Of a stretch of DNA of 19,082 nucleotides, positions 15,482 to 19,082 are shown piece by piece. The notes beneath the pieces were generated by a model. It saw only the letters and a program-made list of their open reading frames with translations. It was not told the origin of the DNA and searched no databases. The stretch's first letter is position 1. Each line of letters starts with the position of its first letter. Source of the DNA: a candidate division WOR-3 bacterium (lineage in GTDB: Bacteria > Hydrothermota > Tepidihabitantia > Tepidihabitantales > JAOUPE01); contig JBDRUX010000045.1 in the NCBI GenBank assembly GCA_039801565.1, positions 1 through 19,082 on the forward strand, read 5' to 3'. The position numbers and the translations under genes are program-made.

Positions 15482-16465
15482 ATGCGGTCAATTTGCTTAG
15501 GGATTGAGACTTCTTGTGATGAGACCAGTGTTAGTGTTGTTGCCGATGGCAAGGAGATTCTTTCCAATATTGTTTCTTCCCAATCCATCCATTCGATTTA
15601 TGGTGGGGTGGTTCCAGAACTGGCAGCCCGGGCCCATCTGCCCTTAATCGTACCAATCACTGAGACTGCCTTGGCAGTGGCGAAAGTAGATTATAAAGAC
15701 TTGAATTTAATCGCCGCAACTTATGCCCCAGGTTTAATCGGCGCTTTGCTGGTCGGGTTTTCCTTTGCTAAGGCTTTAGCCTTAGGATTAAGTATTCCCT
15801 TCGTGGCGGTAAACCATTTAGAAGGCCATATCTTTGCGGTGCTCTTAGAATATCCGAATATTGAATTTCCTTTCATCTCTTTAATCATTTCTGGTGGTCA
15901 TACAGAACTAATCTTAGTCAAAGACCACTGTGACTACACAATTCTGGGAACAACCCTGGATGATGCCTGTGGTGAAGCATTTGATAAAGTAGCTAAGATG
16001 CTCGGACTACCTTATCCTGGTGGTCATTTTATTGAGCGATTAGCCGAAAAGGGCAATCGCACTATCAAGTTTCCAATTCCCCAAATCGAAAACTATGATT
16101 TCAGTTTTTCGGGTCTAAAGACGGCGGTACTCTATTATTTGCGTGATACTCAAGACCCCAAAAAAGAAGATATTGCTTGCAGTTTTCAAGAAGTGGTGTT
16201 TGATTTTCTTTTGAATAAGATTGAGAAGGCAGTGGTGGCAACTGGTATTCGAAGAGTTGCCATTTCGGGCGGGGTGGCGGTAAATAAGCGTTTAAGAGAA
16301 AGAGTTAAGACATTTGCCGACAAAAATCAAATAACTTGCTTCTTGCCTAAGTCTGAACTTTGCACGGACAATGCTGCAATGATTGCTGCGGCTGGCTATT
16401 CCCGATACCAACACTTTGGTGCCTCGCCCTTGACTACCCCGGCCCTGGCAAGAGCGAAGTTATAA
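15482..16465 (+). CDS. tsaD: tRNA N6-threonylcarbamoyladenosine transferase subunit TsaD
   Basis: LGIETSCDETS, YGGVVPELAARAH, VNHLEGH, SGGHT, DDACGEAFDKVAKMLGLPYPGG, FSFSGLKTA, CTDNAAMIA. Confidence 0.97.
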   Translation: MRSICLGIETSCDETSVSVVADGKEILSNIVSSQSIHSIYGGVVPELAARAHLPLIVPITETALAVAKVDYKDLNLIAATYAPGLIGALLVGFSFAKALALGLSIPFVAVNHLEGHIFAVLLEYPNIEFPFISLIISGGHTELILVKDHCDYTILGTTLDDACGEAFDKVAKMLGLPYPGGHFIERLAEKGNRTIKFPIPQIENYDFSFSGLKTAVLYYLRDTQDPKKEDIACSFQEVVFDFLLNKIEKAVVATGIRRVAISGGVAVNKRLRERVKTFADKNQITCFLPKSELCTDNAAMIAAAGYSRYQHFGASPLTTPALARAKL

Positions 16466-16523
16466 GATGAAACAAAGATTTGTCGGTTTAACTTTAATCA
16501 CAATTATTCAAATAGGAGGTTCG

Positions 16524-17774
16524 ATGTGGAATAGTAACCAAATTGAGGCAATCTTTAAAAAGATTGACGCTTACCAGGACCAAATGATTGAGTTGCAAAA
16601 AAGATTAACAGCGATTCCAGCAATCGGTCCACGCAATCAAGGTCAAGGCGAAGCCAAAAAAGCTGCCTATCTAAGAGATTACTTCCAAAAGATTGGGCTT
16701 GTGGTGGAAGAGTATAATGCTCCAGACTCTTCGGTTCCGGATGGTTATCGGCCCAATTTGGTGGCAAGGCTCAAAGGTATCTCTGATGAACGGACAATTT
16801 GGCTAATGACCCATATGGATGTTGTACCAGAAGGAGCGCGTGAACTTTGGCAAACCGACCCTTTTTGTGCTGAGGTGCGCGAGGGTAAGATTTATGGTCG
16901 TGGCGTTGAGGATAATCAACAAGAGATGGTTGCTTCCATCTTCGCTGTAAAAGCATTAATTGAACTCGGACTAAAGCCCTATTACAATGTTGGATTAGTC
17001 TTGGTTGCTGACGAAGAGACCGGCAGTAAATACGGTATTGGCTATCTTCTGGCTAATTATAATATCTTCAAACCGAATGACTTGATTATTGTTCCTGATG
17101 CCGGTAATCCAACCGGCACTCAAATTGAAATTGCCGAAAAATCAATCGTTTGGTTGAAAATTCGGACCTTGGGTAAACAGTGCCACGGTTCAGATCCTGC
17201 AAAAGGTAAAAATGCCCATCGCGCCGGTGCCAATCTTTTGTGTCGAATAGATAAAACATTGCACGAAATATACAATGCTAAAGATTCCCTATTCGACCCA
17301 CCAATCACTACTATTGAACCGACAAAAAAGGAAGCCAATGTGCCGAATATTAATACCATTCCTGGTGAAGATGTCTTCTATTTTGACTGTCGGGTTTTAC
17401 CACAGTATGATATTAATGAACTCTTAGAAGATGTGAAAACCGAAGCTCAGGCGATAGAAAAGGAGTTTGGCGTCACGGTTGAGGTTAGTACTGAACAGTT
17501 CGAGCAAGCCGCACCGCCAACTCGGGCTGATGCACCAGTGGTAAAGATGTTAAGTAGGGCAATAAAAGATGTCTATGGTGTTGAGGCAAAGCCAAAAGGA
17601 ATTGGCGGTGGCACGGTTGCGGCTTTTTTCCGTCGGGCAGGCTACGATGCCGCAGTTTGGGGTAAATTCGAATCAACCGCCCATCAACCCAATGAATATT
17701 GCGTGATTTCGAATATGGTAAATGACGCCAAAGTTTATGCCCATATCTTCGGTCAACAAGTAACCGAGAAATGA
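16524..17774 (+). CDS. M20 family metallo-hydrolase (ArgE/DapE-like)
   Basis: HMDVV, IYGRGVEDN, ADEETGS, VPD, G-K-Q-C-H-G-S, NINTIPG, GGGT, AHQPNE metal-binding motifs; SD AGGAGG just before ATG 16524 (the ORF track starts at 16467). Confidence 0.93.
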   Translation: MWNSNQIEAIFKKIDAYQDQMIELQKRLTAIPAIGPRNQGQGEAKKAAYLRDYFQKIGLVVEEYNAPDSSVPDGYRPNLVARLKGISDERTIWLMTHMDVVPEGARELWQTDPFCAEVREGKIYGRGVEDNQQEMVASIFAVKALIELGLKPYYNVGLVLVADEETGSKYGIGYLLANYNIFKPNDLIIVPDAGNPTGTQIEIAEKSIVWLKIRTLGKQCHGSDPAKGKNAHRAGANLLCRIDKTLHEIYNAKDSLFDPPITTIEPTKKEANVPNINTIPGEDVFYFDCRVLPQYDINELLEDVKTEAQAIEKEFGVTVEVSTEQFEQAAPPTRADAPVVKMLSRAIKDVYGVEAKPKGIGGGTVAAFFRRAGYDAAVWGKFESTAHQPNEYCVISNMVNDAKVYAHIFGQQVTEK

Positions 17775-17874
17775 AGTTTATAGCATAAATTGTTAAAAAT
17801 CAGAATTAACTGACAAAAAATTACAGAATCAATTAAAGAAAACTAATTTTGTGAGTTTGACTTTGAAAAAACAG

Positions 17875-17902
17875 TTGACAGGAAAAAAATTTTTATTATT
17901 CT
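17875..17902 (+). promoter_or_regulatory. Sigma70-type promoter of the lipoprotein gene
   Basis: TTGACA-N16-TATTCT upstream of SD AAGGAGG and ATG 17949. Confidence 0.6.
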
Positions 17903-17948
17903 CTCATCGTGGTGTTACATTTAACTTCTAAACCGAAAGGAGGCTTTC

Positions 17949-18287
17949 ATGCGTAAAAATCTATTAATAATCTCTATCTGCTTAGTCTGCTTCCTGCTTA
18001 TGAATTGTGCCACGGTTTCAATTGTCGCTCCTACCGGTAAAAAAGTTGTGCTGGCAGCAGAGACCGATCCTACTACTTTTAAAACTACCAAAAAAGTTTG
18101 GTATGTTATTTGGGGGCTTGTCCCAATTACTGATAACTCAACTGAAGAGTTGATTACTAAATATAACCTCGAGAACGTCAGGGTGAAAACGCAATACGAT
18201 ATCGTTGACTTTCTTATCAGTTACTTCTTAGGTTTCCTCTCCATCCATACAAAAACTGTTATTGTCGAGGGAAACGTAGCTAAATAA
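17949..18287 (+). CDS. Bor/Iss-like lipoprotein
   Basis: Signal peptide with lipobox-like LMNC (Cys20); WYVIWGLVPI and the later hydrophobic DFLISYFLGFLSI..KTVIVEG pattern resemble Bor-family proteins; strong SD. Confidence 0.78.
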   Translation: MRKNLLIISICLVCFLLMNCATVSIVAPTGKKVVLAAETDPTTFKTTKKVWYVIWGLVPITDNSTEELITKYNLENVRVKTQYDIVDFLISYFLGFLSIHTKTVIVEGNVAK

Positions 18288-18303
18288 AACTTGGCAATAA
18301 TTT

Positions 18304-18332
18304 AAAGGGGAGAAGAATTTCTCCCCTTTTTT
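18304..18332 (+). terminator. Rho-independent terminator
   Basis: Stem AAAGGGGAGAA / TTCTCCCCTTT with GAAT loop and T-run, 16 nt after the stop codon. Confidence 0.9.
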
Positions 18333-18798
18333 AATTTTAAGAGATTTGTAGATGACACTGCTGATTTCTTGATAATGAGCAAATTGGGTAATTTTAATGG
18401 CTTGAATCTTCGAGAAAATGGCATAAGAGAATTGCCAATAATTACTTTGCGATGTGGTTATTTTTTTAAATAGGTAAGGATTTGGTACTTATGCTAAGAT
18501 TTTTCAAGCGATAAGGTGTTTGATTCATAACGGTGAGTTGGTCAAATCGTTTATTAACCCCATTCAAGTTATCTTTTCGATTCTTCCAATCCTAATTTTA
18601 ATCTTTATAAAGCTGATTGCAATCCTTAAGGATGAAAAGGATTTCTTTTTGCCAAACAAGACGGAATTTAATAAAAGCCGTTAAAGAATAGCGATTCTTT
18701 TCGGTTTGATAAAGAATAACAAATTCTGGTCATAAGCAATCACCTATAACTTTTCCTTTTAGAGATCTACTTGCTAATTCAACCTTTAAGATAACCAC

Positions 18799-19002
18799 TT
18801 TTCAGTTCTCCAACCAACTTCTGAGCTGGTTTGCCAACTCTTCTACCAGCCAGGCTGAGGGCTAACTTAACAGTCAATCGCCCAGCCAGTTTTTGAGCTA
18901 ACCCCTCGGTCAACCGGTGAACTAAGCGTTTCGGCAACCCATAGGGCTTGTTATGGGTCTACCCCCTACACTAACTCCGATACTGCTACCCAGCCATACC
19001 CT
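18799..19002. repeat. Degenerate 12-nt periodic tandem repeat (~17 units)
   Basis: In-phase units from 18811: CAACCAACTTCT GAGCTGGTTTGC CAACTCTTCTAC CAGCCAGGCTGA GGGCTAACTTAA CAGTCAATCGCC CAGCCAGTTTTT GAGCTAACCCCT CGGTCAACCGGT GAACTAAGCGTT TCGGCAACCCAT ... CAGCCATACCCT; first half consensus SRRYYA, second half variable. Confidence 0.75.
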
Positions 19003-19082
19003 CCTCTACGCTATCCTAAAACATAATACTATATAAATCAAATAGATAGGAGAAAAAAAATTATTTAACTGAGTGTTAGTTA

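Noticed and set aside
12066..17676. Short antisense ORFs over dprA, obgE, coaD, cdaR and the M20 gene
   Set aside because: No motifs, and they lie opposite confidently identified genes.
18340..18778. Possible pseudogene or small membrane protein (e.g. plus-strand stretch ...IQVIFSILPILILIFIKLIAIL...)
   Set aside because: The frames I translated gave no convincing start/SD and no recognisable family; a BLASTX search would be needed.
18799..19002. CRISPR array
   Set aside because: The period is only 12 nt with degenerate units, far below CRISPR repeat-spacer size, and no cas genes are in the window.

Overview
AT-rich bacterial chromosomal window made mostly of housekeeping and envelope genes. 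Left to right: (1) two minus-strand secreted-protein genes (5' part of a probable beta-helix-type protein, and a small DNRLRE-like protein), preceded by a ~150-nt element closed by a perfect 12-bp inverted repeat, a candidate structured RNA leader; (2) a complete minus-strand MoxR-DUF58-membrane protein-BatA-BatB-BatC-BatD-BatE operon; (3) tRNA-Ser(GGA) without encoded CCA; (4) a frameshifted, truncated ISL3-family transposase remnant; (5) a minus-strand overlapping rsmD-coaD-obgE-dprA operon, divergent from cdaR/ybbR, tsaD and an M20 metallohydrolase, where rsmD and cdaR both look leaderless; (6) a Bor-like lipoprotein with its own promoter and terminator. Intergenic spaces carry several degenerate 7-, 9- and 12-nt periodic tracts and palindromes. 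I saw no CRISPR array, reverse transcriptase, integrase or defence gene. The best leads for something undescribed are the 780-930 structured element and the 12-nt periodic tracts near both window ends. All calls are by-eye motif recognition, not database searches.
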